This document shows positions 15,201 through 28,517 of a stretch of 64,000 nt of DNA, one piece after another (the first letter of the stretch is position 1; every line of letters starts with the position of its first letter). This DNA comes from Raillietiella orientalis. Taxonomy: Eukaryota. The position numbers were made by a program, and so were the translations under genes. Under the pieces are notes generated by a model. That model did not search any database, was not told where the DNA came from, and saw nothing but the letters and a program-made list of their open reading frames with translations. The DNA lies in assembly GCA_036172245.1 (NCBI GenBank), contig JAYWIR010000038.1, positions 930,001 through 994,000 of the forward strand, in the 5' to 3' direction.

Positions 15201-15792
15201 GTCCAGGGGCCTGGACATCGGACGTGCGAAATTCAGTAAAATCTTCTCGGGGAATCGCTCCCTACCACCTCGAGCGGTTTCGGTGCATAATTAGCACGTG
15301 ATTTTTTATCAACCACAGCACGGGGAGGGAGACTCCAGGGCGGACCTGCCCACATCGCCGAATTGGGCGTGTGAATAAACGGAGAGAACGAAACGTCGTC
15401 GTACGAGCGCACGTGCAAAACAACGCGTAAAACGCGAGTCTGATTAGCGTGTCCTTCCGTTCAATACACCAAAGATTTCAGATTGCATGCCACATTTTAC
15501 CTGGTCCACGAGTTTTCTCAGCTGGGAACGGTCTCCACGATCTACAGCCTCTCGTCACATCCACTTACTTGCACTCAACGATTCGTTCATAGGAAAGTGG
15601 CAGCGCCAGAGTAGAAAACGTAAAGGAGGTGCAGCATTTCCATCTATCGGATCTTTGTGTTGGCTCGCTCTTGGCTGTGCGTGTATCATTTTTCATTTGC
15701 TTCTCTTTTGGAGCATCTTCTTCGTAAACATTTCTTTGTGCCTTTTTGTTGTTACTGGAGTCGTCGTTGCAGCAGGAGTGTACGCGAAGAGG

Positions 15793-15859
15793 AGAAAAAA
15801 AAAAACAAAAAAAAACAAAACAAAACACGCTCGCACACACACGCACACGCACGCAAAAC

Positions 15860-15891
<32 letters not shown>

Positions 15892-15946
15892 AAAAAAAAG
15901 GAAGGAAAGAAAAAGACAAGAAAAAAAAGAGGAGAAAGAAGAAAAA
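15793..15946 (+). repeat. A-rich low-complexity tract with an embedded CA/CG dinucleotide patch
   Basis: Several A-runs of 10-19 nt interrupted by single C/G. This tract generates the poly-K and poly-F ORFs in the track. Confidence 0.9.
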
Positions 15947-18900
15947 TGATTTGCCCGTCCATGATGTGCTTTATTTCTCGTGCACGGCTTGAAGCTCCGA
16001 TTTTTAGCCAAAGCTCCTTCCAAAATAGAAACACTTTCACTTTCCGATGTGTCTCTGAGAACGGCATTTTTAACTTCGCTCCTTTAGTTGTGAATTTCGT
16101 CAGCGTGAAAACAAAAATAAAAAAAAAACGAAAAAGGAATACACGTAGGAACGAATGTATGAGGGTTGGTTGCAAGTTTATAGTGGGAGCATCATAATAA
16201 ATACGCTAAGCCAAAGCGAAGCTTCCGGATGAGGTCGGTTTTCCGTGACCCCGCTCCCTGCCAAAGTCCGTTGCCTATTGCCTAGTGCTAAAAGAGTTTT
16301 CGCTCGTTTGGATCTCACTTCTGAGATCTCTCGTTCGCAATAAACGATCCAGGAGGCAACCACAAAATCATGGCACGCGGGGAGAAAAAAAAAAAAGAAG
16401 GAACTGATGACCTTTCCGTGGTCACTGATGCATCTTCCACCTCGTTCTGGCGCAAAATGGTTCTGTCAGCTTCTCTTCAGGATGATGATTAATTCAAGGT
16501 ATCATCGATGGGCCAGGGGGAAGAGGTGGAGTTTGGAAACTGTTAAGTAAGGATGGGAAAGTGCAGGGAAAAGCCTAGAGGAGTGCGGAGCGGGATGAAT
16601 AAAAGAAGATATCGATTTGTGCAGTGGCAGCCTCAACACGTCAGGAATGTGTGCTTGAAGCAAACAGAGGCAAAGATGTGTGTGTGTGTGTGCATGTTTT
16701 TGAGAAATCACAGATTTCTTCTTTTCCTTTTTTTTTTAAATCCCCGTTCGACTGCCTGCCGGATCACGCTATCTCTGTTGCTTCATGTTCCGTGGCAACT
16801 GCTTCAGCGGATCTCTGTAATAGGTTGGGATGGAGATCTAGAAAAACGGGGAGAAGCGACTCGGGACAGTTTGGGATGCGAAAAGGATTTTTTTTTTTCT
16901 TTGTTTTGTCTTTTTAGTTTTGTTTGTCATTTTTTCTTCATTTTTTTTTCCTTTTAAGGTGTTCTTGATAGGTGACGGGCTCATCGAGTGCATCTCATTC
17001 TTCCGTGAGATTGGACACCGCGCTCGCCCGGGGGTGTACGCGCCTCGCGTTCCCTCAGCTCGTGAGCCAACGCACGGGGGACACTCGGGACAGCGAAGGA
17101 GAAGGATGCGTTCTCTCCGGGAGTGCTTGACGCCGGAATACGAAACTCGCGCAGTACATTGCACGGAGGGTGGGACGTCCGCCCAGGAAGAAGGGCAGGA
17201 AAGCAGAGCGGAGGGGGGGGGATGTGCGCCCCGCGCCTTCCCAAAGAGTTCAACCTGGAAGCTGCGATTTTCACTCGTCTTTCCGCTTCCCCGAATGCAG
17301 TCAACAAGCTCCTCCCAGTACTTGGCGAGCGCGCCGGGAGAGCGAAGGACTCTGGCAAGGAGTTGGCGAGGCGATCGGGCACGTCTGGACTCATCCTGGA
17401 AAGAGGACGGAGGAGGCGAAACACCGGGACACCGACTCGCCATCCCAATGGGGCTTCTGTCTTCTTTTTCCATCCTCCGAGAGAGGAAGTGCCTACGTAG
17501 GCATTCCCGAGAGTTGCTGGCCCCGTGCTCCCTCACGGAGCGACCGGAACACGTGGTGGAATGGAACGTCTGATGGGAAGGAACAGGGAGAAAGCAGCTA
17601 GGTGACGGGCGGAAGACGGCTTCGGGACCGCGTCGGAGGCCGGAGGCGAGCACGCCAGCGGCGGCGAGCCCACGACGAGGCGGAGATGCACGGCCGCGGC
17701 CGGAGGGGAGCGGAAGACCAAGTGCCGAACCCACGAGGAGGACCGCGGCCGCCTCCGCGGTTGCCGGGGCAACGGGAGGGTGGGGGAGGCAGGAGGAGGG
17801 TGATGGGAGGAAGCTCCGATTGGTTCTCTCCGGCAGGGGCACCTCCCTCCTTCCCCCACATTCCTACGCCGCGCTGCGCCGCATCCGCGTAACGGCTCTC
17901 CGAGTGCCTACTTTCGTCCCAGTTCCACACGCGCTTGACCCTTCCCGGCCTCAGGAGAACCTCGCAGCGCGCTGCCGCAGGCGCCCACATCTCCCAGCAG
18001 CAGCAGTAACAGTCACTACAAGAAAGCGAGACACGAGGAGGGACAGCGGCGTGCTCCGGGACGCTACTGCCCCTCCCCCAACTCAAGAGGGGCAAGGGAG
18101 GGACTCAGAAGCGCCCTGGGGCGCGGCGGTTGCTCGCACGGGGAGGTCATTCGCAGCAGTGCAGGGGCCCGGCGGACCTGCGTTCCCACCGTCCCGGGCA
18201 ACGCCCGCGCTCTTCCAGGAAGATCTGGAGGGTCCGTCCTCCGGAGTGGGAGCTTCCTCCGCCGCTGGATCACGAGTCCCGGACGACGAACGGACTGCCT
18301 GCCTGAACCTTCTCCGGAAGATGAGAGTGGACTCCCCGTAGGCCAGCCCTGCGAAGGCGACGAGGGGCAGTCCCCCTTCCAGGATCGGTCCCTTCCCAGA
18401 GGAAGCGAGAGCCCCGCTTCCATCCCGCACCCGAGGAAGGCAAGGCCCTTTCCCGAGCACCCCTGGAAAGTCCAGCCGATCGAAGGCCCGCGATCCAGAG
18501 GCGACAAATGACCTACGGCGAGCTGGAGCTGACTCGGAGAAGGGACGAGCTGATGCACCTTTCCGGATCCGCCCTTCAGAGCAGGGATGAAGGGAGGCAT
18601 TTGCGAGCGCCATGTTTTTCCGATGGCGCTCACTTGCGGGGCGCGGAACGGTGACTGTCCTTACCCTTCCCCTCCTGTCCCCTCGGGACGCGGGGTGGGG
18701 GGAAGAGAGTGCGGACGCCTCTCTCCCTGCTCCATAGCCTTCGTCCCGCAGAGGAGGAGGAAGGGAGCCGCAGGAGCGAGCGGGAAAGAGGAGGGAACGA
18801 GTGGGGACTTTCCCGATTCCCGGATCCAATCATCCTCGGGTATGCGGCCGCCGGGAGAAAGAAGCCCAGCCGGGAATTCGCCGCCGCGGCGTTGGGCTTC

Positions 18901-21900
18901 CCGGGGTCCCGGCGGCTCACCGTCCCCTCTCCCTGCACTGCTGAGGACAGAGATGAGTTCCGTGCCCTGAATGCATTTCCGGGAATCGGGACGCAGCGGT
19001 TCGAGAATCCCTCCCTCCCCCCTGGCCTGCCACCGCCTCTTCCCGAGGGCTCGTGAAGCAGCCTGCTCCCGGGGGGATCCGCTCCTCCTCGGGCACTCAT
19101 CTTCAAGGAGGGGGAGGGGGAGGAGGAAAATTTTAGGGGCTCCCGGATTCCCTTTTTTTTTTTTTTTTCAATTACCGGGAGGAAAGATTGCGGGATTCGT
19201 TTCCGGTGTCCTGGAAACGTCTCGAAATTTTTCTGGGGAGCAAATGGGGAGGAGGAGGAGAGGGGAGCGTTATAGCCTGGACAGGAGGACGCCAGGGACG
19301 ACCGATGGGAACCCCTGGAAAGGCTGGCAGGGAGAGGTCGGCTTCCCACTCCGCGAAGGGGAGCTCCTGACGCACCTGCCCTTCAGCGGAGCGCCCCTTC
19401 GCCCACTTTAGGGAGAGTTCGCCCATCCGGAACAGGAAGGCGACGAGCGCGCGCGGCAGTCCGGACGGCTCTCGGTCAGGCCTCCGGCTTTTTCGGGCGG
19501 GAGCTTCCGAGACTCGCGCCCCTAGCGGAACCGTCCCGAAGCGACTTGGCCGCGGGGAATCTCTCGCGTCCCGGGCCGAGTCGGAAGCGCAAGAAACGGT
19601 CAGGGAGGGCACACTCCACGGGCCGATCCGGGGAAACTCGCTCCAGCCTGCCTTCGCTCCACGAGAGAACAGCGGGAGGGCGCACCCGCCCATTCAGGAA
19701 GGGCCACGCCGGCAAACGGGTGCTCTCCCCGAAAGAGGCCGCGGTGGTACTGCCTGGACCCGAGCCACGTCGTCCGGACAGGCGACCGCACCTTGTGGCG
19801 ATCCCCACTCAGCATTCACGCCCTGTCCGTGCATTCCGGAAGGCGTCGTCGACGCCTCCGAGCCCAGTCGGGAGCGCGCGCCCCTCTCTTCCAGCCCTCC
19901 GCGTCCATCAGTCAACTCCCCGGTAACCAAGGAGACGAGGAGGCGCTCGCCCGACTTCGCGGAGTTCACGCGAGCACGCCGAAAGGGAAACGCGCCGTTT
20001 CGGGAGCGTTTGCTCCCCTTCCCCTCCCCCCTTCCTCTCTCCTTTTTCCATTCCCCCCTCCCTCCCCTTCTACACCGCCTTTCCTCTCCTGCTCGCTCCC
20101 CCTCCCCCCCTTCCTCACTTTCTTCTTTTGAACTTGTTGCGTAGGCCAGCAGCAAGGAGCCTCAGCTGCTGTCGGTCTTCTTCCCGACGGCGCCCGCTCA
20201 CCACCGCCCGGAGACTCTGGAGGCAGCAGCGGCGGGCAAGCCTACTTGTTCCGTTTGCGCACGCGCGCGTGCGCAGCCACGGCGACGGCAGCGGCGGCGC
20301 GGCAGCGACGACTCGCAGCCACCCGCCGGCGCGCCGAGAGGCCGCTGTCGCTCGTGCGAACGGCAGGGCCGCCCGCCATACGGCGCAGGCGCGTGCTTCG
20401 TGCAGGTTCGCGCGCGCGAGAAAGAGAGAAGGGAGGGGGGGGGGAGAGAGAGGTTGACCCGCTGTCGCGCAACGCGCTCCACACAATGGCGGTGCAGACT
20501 CTCGCGCGTCTCTCTCCCCACCACACTTTCTGCCCCGACTTCCCCCCACTCCCAAATCCTCATCCTCATTCATCCACGAAGCAGCCGGAGCTTTGGGGGA
20601 CGGACCTGACCCGTGCCAGAAGGATGCGCGCCGCCGACGGATCTCAGCCGAACTCTTTCCGACGAGGACTGCACTCCCGCACGCGTCTTCCGTTGGGCAG
20701 AGGCTCCCGCCTTTTCACGCCCTGTCCTCCCTCCAGAATGTGGAGGAGGGTTGGTCTATTTGGACCGTCGTCGTCTCACCGTTTCGTGGGAACGGTGAGG
20801 GGAGGGTGGCAGCAAAGCAGAGACCCTTGGCAGACCCGCACTTTCCCTTGCTCTCCTTCCTCCTTGCGAGGCGAAGAAGACCACCCATCCTGCATCCCCC
20901 GGTGTGCCACGCGGCAGGCGCTCACGTTGTCCTGCATCCCCGGAGGTACCGGGAGGTCTCCAGACAGCAAGTCTGCAAGACTCCTTCTCATCCTCGGAGG
21001 GCAGCCGGCTCTGCCACTCGCTCCGTGGGATAAGCTTCCGAGGTCCCTGTCGCGTCGCTGCGGCCATCTTGGCTGCAGCTGCACCCTTCGTGCCGAGCTC
21101 CGGGCCAGTTCCCTCCTCTTCCTTGCACCCTCGCTGGTGCGCGCGTGTGAGGAAGGCACGTTCTTCGTCCCTCGAGGAAATTCTTCCGGTCCTCCACACA
21201 TGCAAGCTGGAAACGCCCGAGAAAAAGTCCGGTAGGACGAAGCCGCCCCTTGAATATGAATTTCGCGGTACGATTCACCGGTGCCTCTGGTGCACAGGTG
21301 AGCGCACCACCAGCAAACAAGTCTTGGATGAGAAAATGTTAAAAGCTATAGCATCTGCTTGACGCTTTCTATTACATCACGTTATATTTATTCTGTGCTC
21401 GCACTGTGCTTTCACAACATCAACGCCAAGCGGCCCATTTCATTCGATAGACATTAGGCCTGTACCGAATCCCAATCATGTTTCGATTGCGCTCGCGCCA
21501 TGTTCCGTTTCCACTAAGAATCTATTGAAACTATGATTACGTCATGTTTGTGCTGCGCTTGTCTCCTGTTGATAGTGTGGTTGTATCATGTTTGTAGTGC
21601 GTTTATCTCTGGGAAAACATGGCGGAAGTCAGAAACGATAAAAAAAAAAAAAAAAAGATGAAGCAGCAGCTCAAACATGGATTTGATCAGGGGGGAAGGG
21701 GAGAGGGGGGGAGGAGGAGAAAAGAAAAGGAAGGAAAAAAAATGGCAACAATGGAGGGCACCCGATTGTTGGTCCGCTTTTCGCCGGGAGCTCGCTTTTT
21801 CTATTTTGGCACGCGCGTGCTTTCACGCGTGCGCGAATCACGCGTGATTTCTCCGAGCGCGTGGGAAACGTTGCGTAAGGGAATGCCGCGCGCGCGTAGA

Positions 21901-24900
21901 GAGCGTAAGAGAGGTCGAGCAAGGCGAGGAACATCCGTCGTCGTCCGCGTACCCGGCGAGGCCAATCGCATCACAACAAACCCGCAGTCATTACGAGTGC
22001 GCGATCTTCACGCACAACGGTGATGCAATTTGGGGCAATTTATTTCCTTCCCACGCCCTCCTCCTCCTCCTCCCCCCTCCCTCCCCCACACACACATCCC
22101 CCGGTTTGGAAGCGGTGAAGACTCTTCTTCCGTACACAACACGTCAGAGGCGCGCGTCTTCCGCAGCGTCCTCGTCCGGAGCCGCCGTCCGCCCCTGAAG
22201 ATCCTCGGCACGGGCTGCGCGGCCACTCCGCGTGGGGCAGGCGACCCGGGACTACCCTGGAGTCGGTGGCCATGGGGGGGGGGGGGGCCGTCCCGTGAAA
22301 CTCGGCAGGAGATTCTCGGAGGCGTGCCTTGCACCCACCCAGCTTAGCTGGCCGTGAGGAGCGGGAGGAATACCTGGAGCAGGTAGAGAGAGATCGCGCG
22401 CACGGGATTATTCGCGCGTGGCAAAGCGATGGAGCCATCTGCAGCCGCCGTGGTTGCGATCGGGATGAACCGAACGCATGAAAACCTGTAAGCTGATACG
22501 TTCCGGGTTCACGTATTTGGGAACCAACACACACACACACGCACGGATGACATCGTTTACTATGTAACCCTATTACATGATGTACGGATGCCAACGCGCT
22601 AGGTGCACGAGGTGCACGGGCAGGGAGGGATGCTGGCGTTCATTGCTAGTAGTTGGATGATTGAGATGATCACGTTGATAGATTAGTGCTCCCCGCTAAT
22701 AATGGCTGAAGACCCAATGCGAATTCCGTTTTGCAAGAGTTCCTCGACGATTCCGCACACACGCAACCCGCTTCCCTTGCAGGTCGCTTTGGAAAGAGAG
22801 AAAGAAAAGGAAAGAGGAAGAATTTGCAAAAACACGTCCATGAAATAAATAAATATATACGAGCCATGTACGAAAGAACGTGTGTGGTGGGGTGTACGAA
22901 ACACATAGAGGAACGTGCGCTGCTGCTGTCCGGATGCAGCCAGCGTTAAAGCAAGCGAATTCGAGGAAGGAAAAAAACGTTCCGACTGTGTGGCAAGAGA
23001 TGTTGAGTTGTTTTTTCGGCTTTCCAACGTTCGTCTCCCCCCCTCCCCTCCTTTCTTGCCCTCGTACACTGCAGATGGCGTGTGTACCTTCGTGCTTCTA
23101 CGACTGGCCAAAGTTCTTCGCTTCGAAGGCCAAACTTCAGTAAAAGGAAGGAAGCCATGATGTCACATGTAATGCAAAATGGCGTTCACCCGGGCACACG
23201 TCTTACTGTAGTCAACACGCGCGCGCGCACTCGCACACGTACGCAAAAAAAAAAAGTACGCACACGCATGACTGTGCGTGGACGCGTACTCTCGAACGAG
23301 GAGCATCTTCGAGAGGATGCTGCAAAGCATGAGAACAGCGTACAGTGATGTACAATCTGTAGAGTGCATCTGCGCAAGCACGATGGGTGCTTCTCATTCT
23401 CCATACACACCGGTGTACGCACGTGTTTTCGCAAATGTATACAGATGCAGACGCACAAAGGTGCACGTGCGTGTTTCGATCCACGCATTTCGTAAGAATA
23501 TAGCATGTACGTGACGCGCTCGCCACGATACATACGTTTACACACGTGTACACCATCACGTCATCACGCAAAGGTTCGTAAGTGTAGAAGAAGTTTCCCA
23601 GAACGCGCTCCGCGCGCGTCGGCTGCGGATAGGCGCATCTCCACACATTCTATTTATATGTTGCCGTACGCGCATTCTATTTATATTTGCAGCCGATGGA
23701 GATCCGCATCCATCAAGCATTCGCGTAAATCCTCGATGGTCATGAGCGGGTCTTGCCCCGCGCGTACGTGCGCACGCAGCGTACACACAGGCGGTGCGCG
23801 CGCACGCGGAGGTGGCCAGCCGCCGCCGCGCGTACGGTAGCCGTGTACACCGCCCCCGGGTGCGGGGCCGGGAGGGGGAGGAAGGGGTGGCCGTTGGCGA
23901 TACGTGCTGCGCCCCCCTTTGTTGGAGCCGCGCACGCACGTGTCCGCCCGCCCTGCGCATGCGGACTCGCCCTCCTCGGCGAGATGGAGCGCGCGCGCAC
24001 CGGCGGCGGCGCTCCCGAGGGTCCAGGAAGGTTCCCCTCCCCTCCCACCCCCCCTCCGCGCGCCGGCACTCTCACCCTCGAGTACGTCGAGCGGGGGAGG
24101 GGGGGGGAGGCAGGAAGCGTTCGGGGAAAGGAAAAGGCGGACGTCCTCCCTGACTCGCCTCCTCCAAAAATACCTTTCCGAGAAAGAGAAAGGCGGTGGT
24201 GTTTCCAGCTCCCATCTCCTCACGGGGAACCTCAGGGGCCTCTTGCCGCTTGGGCACCTTCGAAAAAAGCCACCCTTCGAGCCGGGAGGGACCGAGGAGA
24301 GGGAGATAACCGCGCTGCATGCCTCCACGTGCTAACCCGGAAACGCTATCTGTTTCAGAAAGGCCGTTCTCAAGGACATTCTCAGGACTCTCGAGTGTAC
24401 TTTTACGCTGTTTATGCATGCGTTTTGCGTCGTCAGCGGCAGTTAACGCCAGCAATCAGACCGCAAGTGAGAGGAAACCGTGTTCCAGATTCGGGACAAA
24501 TGACGACTTTCGCAAGGCCGCGAGCGCTGCCGCTATTTTCGGCAGCGCCCGCTCCTTTCGTTCGCGCGCGCTGCCATCTCCCGGCGGGAACCTCCATCGA
24601 AAAGGCGGGCGAGCGCCACAGGAAAAGGAAAGGAAGCAAAGCGTCTCCTCCCCTCCCCTGCCCGAGGGAGGGGGGTGGACGTCCAGCCCGGAGGGGGAAG
24701 CCCGCGTGCGACGCATCATCGCACGCTCGGCGAGGCTCCTCGCTCCCATTCCAGACGTCGTCAAGGTGCGTGGCTCCACCCCGCGGAGCGCGGGGGAACT
24801 GAACCTATCTTCCGGTCACTCGTTCCTTTCCCCCCTCCTCCCCCTTCTCTCGCCCCTTCGGGGGCGACCTCTCTCCGCAGGGCCGCCGCCGCTGCACGCT

Positions 24901-27900
24901 CGCGCGCGCAGGGACGCCGCGTCCCCCGCGGGTTCGCGGGTGTGTTTTTTTTTTTTTTTTCTCCTCTCCCGGATCCCTCCCGCCGTCGCCGCCTCACACC
25001 TCCGCGGCAGCGCCCTCCGGTTTCCGGAAAAGGCGAAGGTTGCCGCACGGAGGCGTTGCGTTGCGACAGTCCTTGCGTCCGGCAAGGACGTTTCGCGCGC
25101 GCGGCGAAGGTTTCTCTGGGAGACGGCCCGCTGCGGAGGCGGCCATTTCGCGCTCTCTCTCGGCGAGCCCTCAGGATGCGCCGCGCTTTGCTTCCTTCCT
25201 GCTTTTTTTTTTTTCCTTTCCTTATTTTTGCTTTTGTTTTGTTTGCTTGAAAGAGGGAGGGGGGAGGTGCGGTTTCTTGCCGAACCGTTTCGCGTTGCTA
25301 AGGCACGTTTTCGGGAGTGACCCGTCACCCCCTCCCTACTCTACCCTAACCGACCCCCACGGTAACCCGTACCAATCTGCGACCCAGCAACTTTTTCGCT
25401 CGCTCCTTCCCACCACTTTCGTTTTCCCCGTCGGAGGATCCCCGGAGAGAGTCCCGGTAGGCGCCAGGAAGCGATTTTCGGAAAGGCGTGCCCTTTCCCG
25501 AAATTCTTGGCTCTCTCTCCCCCTTCGCCCCTCTCCCTCCTCCCGCCTCCTCCTCCTCCTCCTCTTGATCCCCATTCTCGACTGGGGGAGAAACTCGCGT
25601 TGGCTCGTGGATGGCTCTCCAGCCCCGGGCTGACTAAGAACAAGAGGGGAGGAGGAAAAAAGAAAAAAAAAATGGGAATGGGAAAAGGAGAGCCTCTCTT
25701 GCGAGCAGGAATTCCGGGCCTATGCCCGAAGGCTGACCACCCAGCAGCGAAAGGTCGGAGCGCGCTCCCCTGCAGGAGGACGTGAGACGACCGACCGTTC
25801 CCCAGGAAGAGGCGAACGACCGTCCTCCAGTAAGAGGCACGCCGCCGCGCTCTCTCTCGGCTCGTCTCCCTTGGCAACGGTTTGAGGCGAGGTGGCGAGT
25901 GCGTGTATTCTCTCTCGCGCGCGCTCGCTCACAACCCCCCTCCCCCTCGCGGCACGAGCCGGCGGCCAATCCGCAGCGGGAGCGGCGCTCGCGGGATTCA
26001 GGAAGCCTGCCCCGGCAGCTCCCCTCCCCCATCTCGATTCTTCCCCTGCTCCCCCTGCCTGCCACCCCCCATTCTCGCCCAAGGCGCAGGAACAAGCATC
26101 CACTGCCGTTTTTCGGTTGCGTGTGGAGGGATGATGGCGTGGGATCGGAGAAGGGGAGGCTCCTCATCCCTCGGAAGGACGTTACGCGACCTCCTCCTCG
26201 CCTGAGGGAAAAGGGGTAATAAACGAGCTGGTCGGTGCTCTTTCGCCGAGCGTCCGTCGTCCGCGCTACCCTCATTGTGTGCGCGATCGAGCAAACAATC
26301 AGCGCCATCTCCGAGGAGGAGGACGAAGCTCCAGCAGGACCGAGCTCCTCTCGCCGCCGGGATCAAAGAGATAGATGCTGCTGCTGCCCGGCTGCCCCAC
26401 TTCCCCCCCCCCCGGGGGGGGAAAGAAAACCTAATCCTATTAGAGCAGTGAGATCTCCCTGGGACCGGCGTGGAGCCGACAGCGACCTCCTTCGGACCAC
26501 TGGAGTAGCTCCTACAGGTGGCGCGCACGCGCCACCTCCAAAGCCAGCAGCGCAGAAGCAGAGCCCCACACGGATGGCACAGAGTCTGTTCACACCGTTT
26601 CCGTCCACAGTTTCCGCACCTGCCGCCAACTGCTCTACGCCTTCCTCCTCCTCCTCCTCCTCTTCTTTTTCTGGGAGCCGGAGGGTTCTTCTCCTTCCGG
26701 CTGCGGCGGAAGAGACTCGTCCGGGACAGCAGCCCCCTCCTCCGGGAGAGAGCGCATCCCCTGCTGGGGGAGGATGGGCCGGCAAGGAACCGCCGAAAGC
26801 AATTCCTCCCCTTCCCCTCCCCCTACGGGGACGCGCGTCCACTCCCTGCTGAAGGAGGGGCCGTTTTCCGCCTCTCCTCAGCCACGCGGCTTCTACCCCT
26901 CCCTCCGCGTCGACGCTTCCGTTCCGTCTCCGGCAGCAGCGTGGCTCACCAAGGGGCGGGCCCGGGAGGGTATGCACCGGGGCGCTTCGAGTGGTCACGT
27001 GAGAGAGGCGGCGGTGACGTCAGCGCTCGCGTCGCTGGTGCCTTCCCTCCCAGGGATCGACAGAGCGCGCGCCGATCCTCAGGTTGGGGGCACCCCCCTG
27101 AAGCGTGTCGTAGCAGCGGAGGTGGCAGCCCCGCTTCAGTTTTCTCCCATCCCGAGCGGCGCGTTGGGGGGAGAGGAGCATTGCGACAGTCTTCTCGTCC
27201 CCCATTGCTCGGCGTGGGGACGGACGGGCAACGACGCTGGTGCATCGGTGGGAACATCCTGGAGGCGTCCCTTCCGGCCCCCGCAGCAGCGCCTTTACCC
27301 CCTCCACCCCAGGTGACCATCCTCGAAGGGCACCGGAGGGGGCAGGACAAAAGCGCGCGCAGCCCGGCTGCCCGCGCGTCCTTTCATCATTCGTGCGGGG
27401 GGGAGGAGGTCTTCCGAGATGCACTCCCCTGTGGGCAGAAGGAGGGCGATCCCCGCCCATCTCCAGATGAGGCCACTCGGTGTGAGAGCGAGTGGGGCGC
27501 CCTCCTCCTACGGGGGCTGCGCCCGGTTCGGCACGGGTCCGAGCAGGGGATCTCTGCCCCCGCGAGGACGGGCTGGCCCTTGACCCCTTCCCTCCTCCTC
27601 CTGGATTGCCGGAAGCGCCGCGAGCGAGGCGGGGCGCGGCCAAGGGGTGCCTCCCAAAGGGAGGCGTCGCCGTGAACGCCCGCGGTCACCGGGGAAACGG
27701 GGGCACCCGGGCGCGAGGTCTCACTGGACCTCGAGGGGAGGGACGGCGGGAAAAACCCGTGAAAGCAGGGAGGAGAAGTCCCGGGAGGGCGATCTCTGCG
27801 GACACCCGCGGAGGTCAGCCGCGTTTCGCGTGCTCGTGTTCTGCTTTCTGCCTCCGCCTCGCGGCGGTGCTGCGAGCGGGAGGGAAAGCTGCCCAGAGTC

Positions 27901-28381
27901 ACCGGAAGGCTCTCTGTGTTTCCCGGCAACGAGCCCGATCCTCGCGCTCCCCTCCTAAGCCCCTTCACGGGGCGCTCCCCTCCGGGGAAAGTCGGGGGCC
28001 GGACCGAGCAGCCATTGGCTCCCGAGGCAAAAGGAGATCTCCCTGGTCACCTCGGCGCTTCAGGCACAGGCGGCACCCGAGGACGGGCAGCCGGTGGACG
28101 CCGCACGAACCGAAAGAGCCCGGAGGCGAGCGAAGAAAGGTCTCCCTGACGACCACCGCCTCCCTCCCCCGAGTGCCGCTCTGAGGGCGAGAACCCTCTT
28201 CAGAGGCCTCCGTAGCCCTCACGGCTTGGGTAGCTCGGAGGGCTTCCGGATCCTCCGCCCCGATTCTGGCGGATTTCTGGGACGGACCTCGCGAAGCTAA
28301 CCTTCCTCCTAGCCCCTGCGAGGGCAGCACCAGGGCACGAACTCGAAGGCTGCTGCCAGAGCGGCGAATGCGGCAGCTCAC

Positions 28382-28517
28382 CCCAAACGCCTTGCGGCGG
28401 CGGATGATGACCTGGAGCTGCACTCCCGAAGACGTGCTTTGGTGACTTTTCCGATTTGTTGCTCAGCATCGAGCATGCCCAGCTGTTTCCGTACTCGGCT
28501 TCGTATGCCAGAGACAT
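28382..28517 (-). CDS. Candidate first coding exon of an unidentified gene extending leftwards
   Basis: ATG at 28517 opens MSLAYEAEYGNSWACSMLSNKSEKSPKHVFGSAAPGHHPPPQGVW, which ends at a good donor G|GTGAGC. It lies in a balanced-composition stretch open from 28727. No homology was recognised. Confidence 0.3.
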
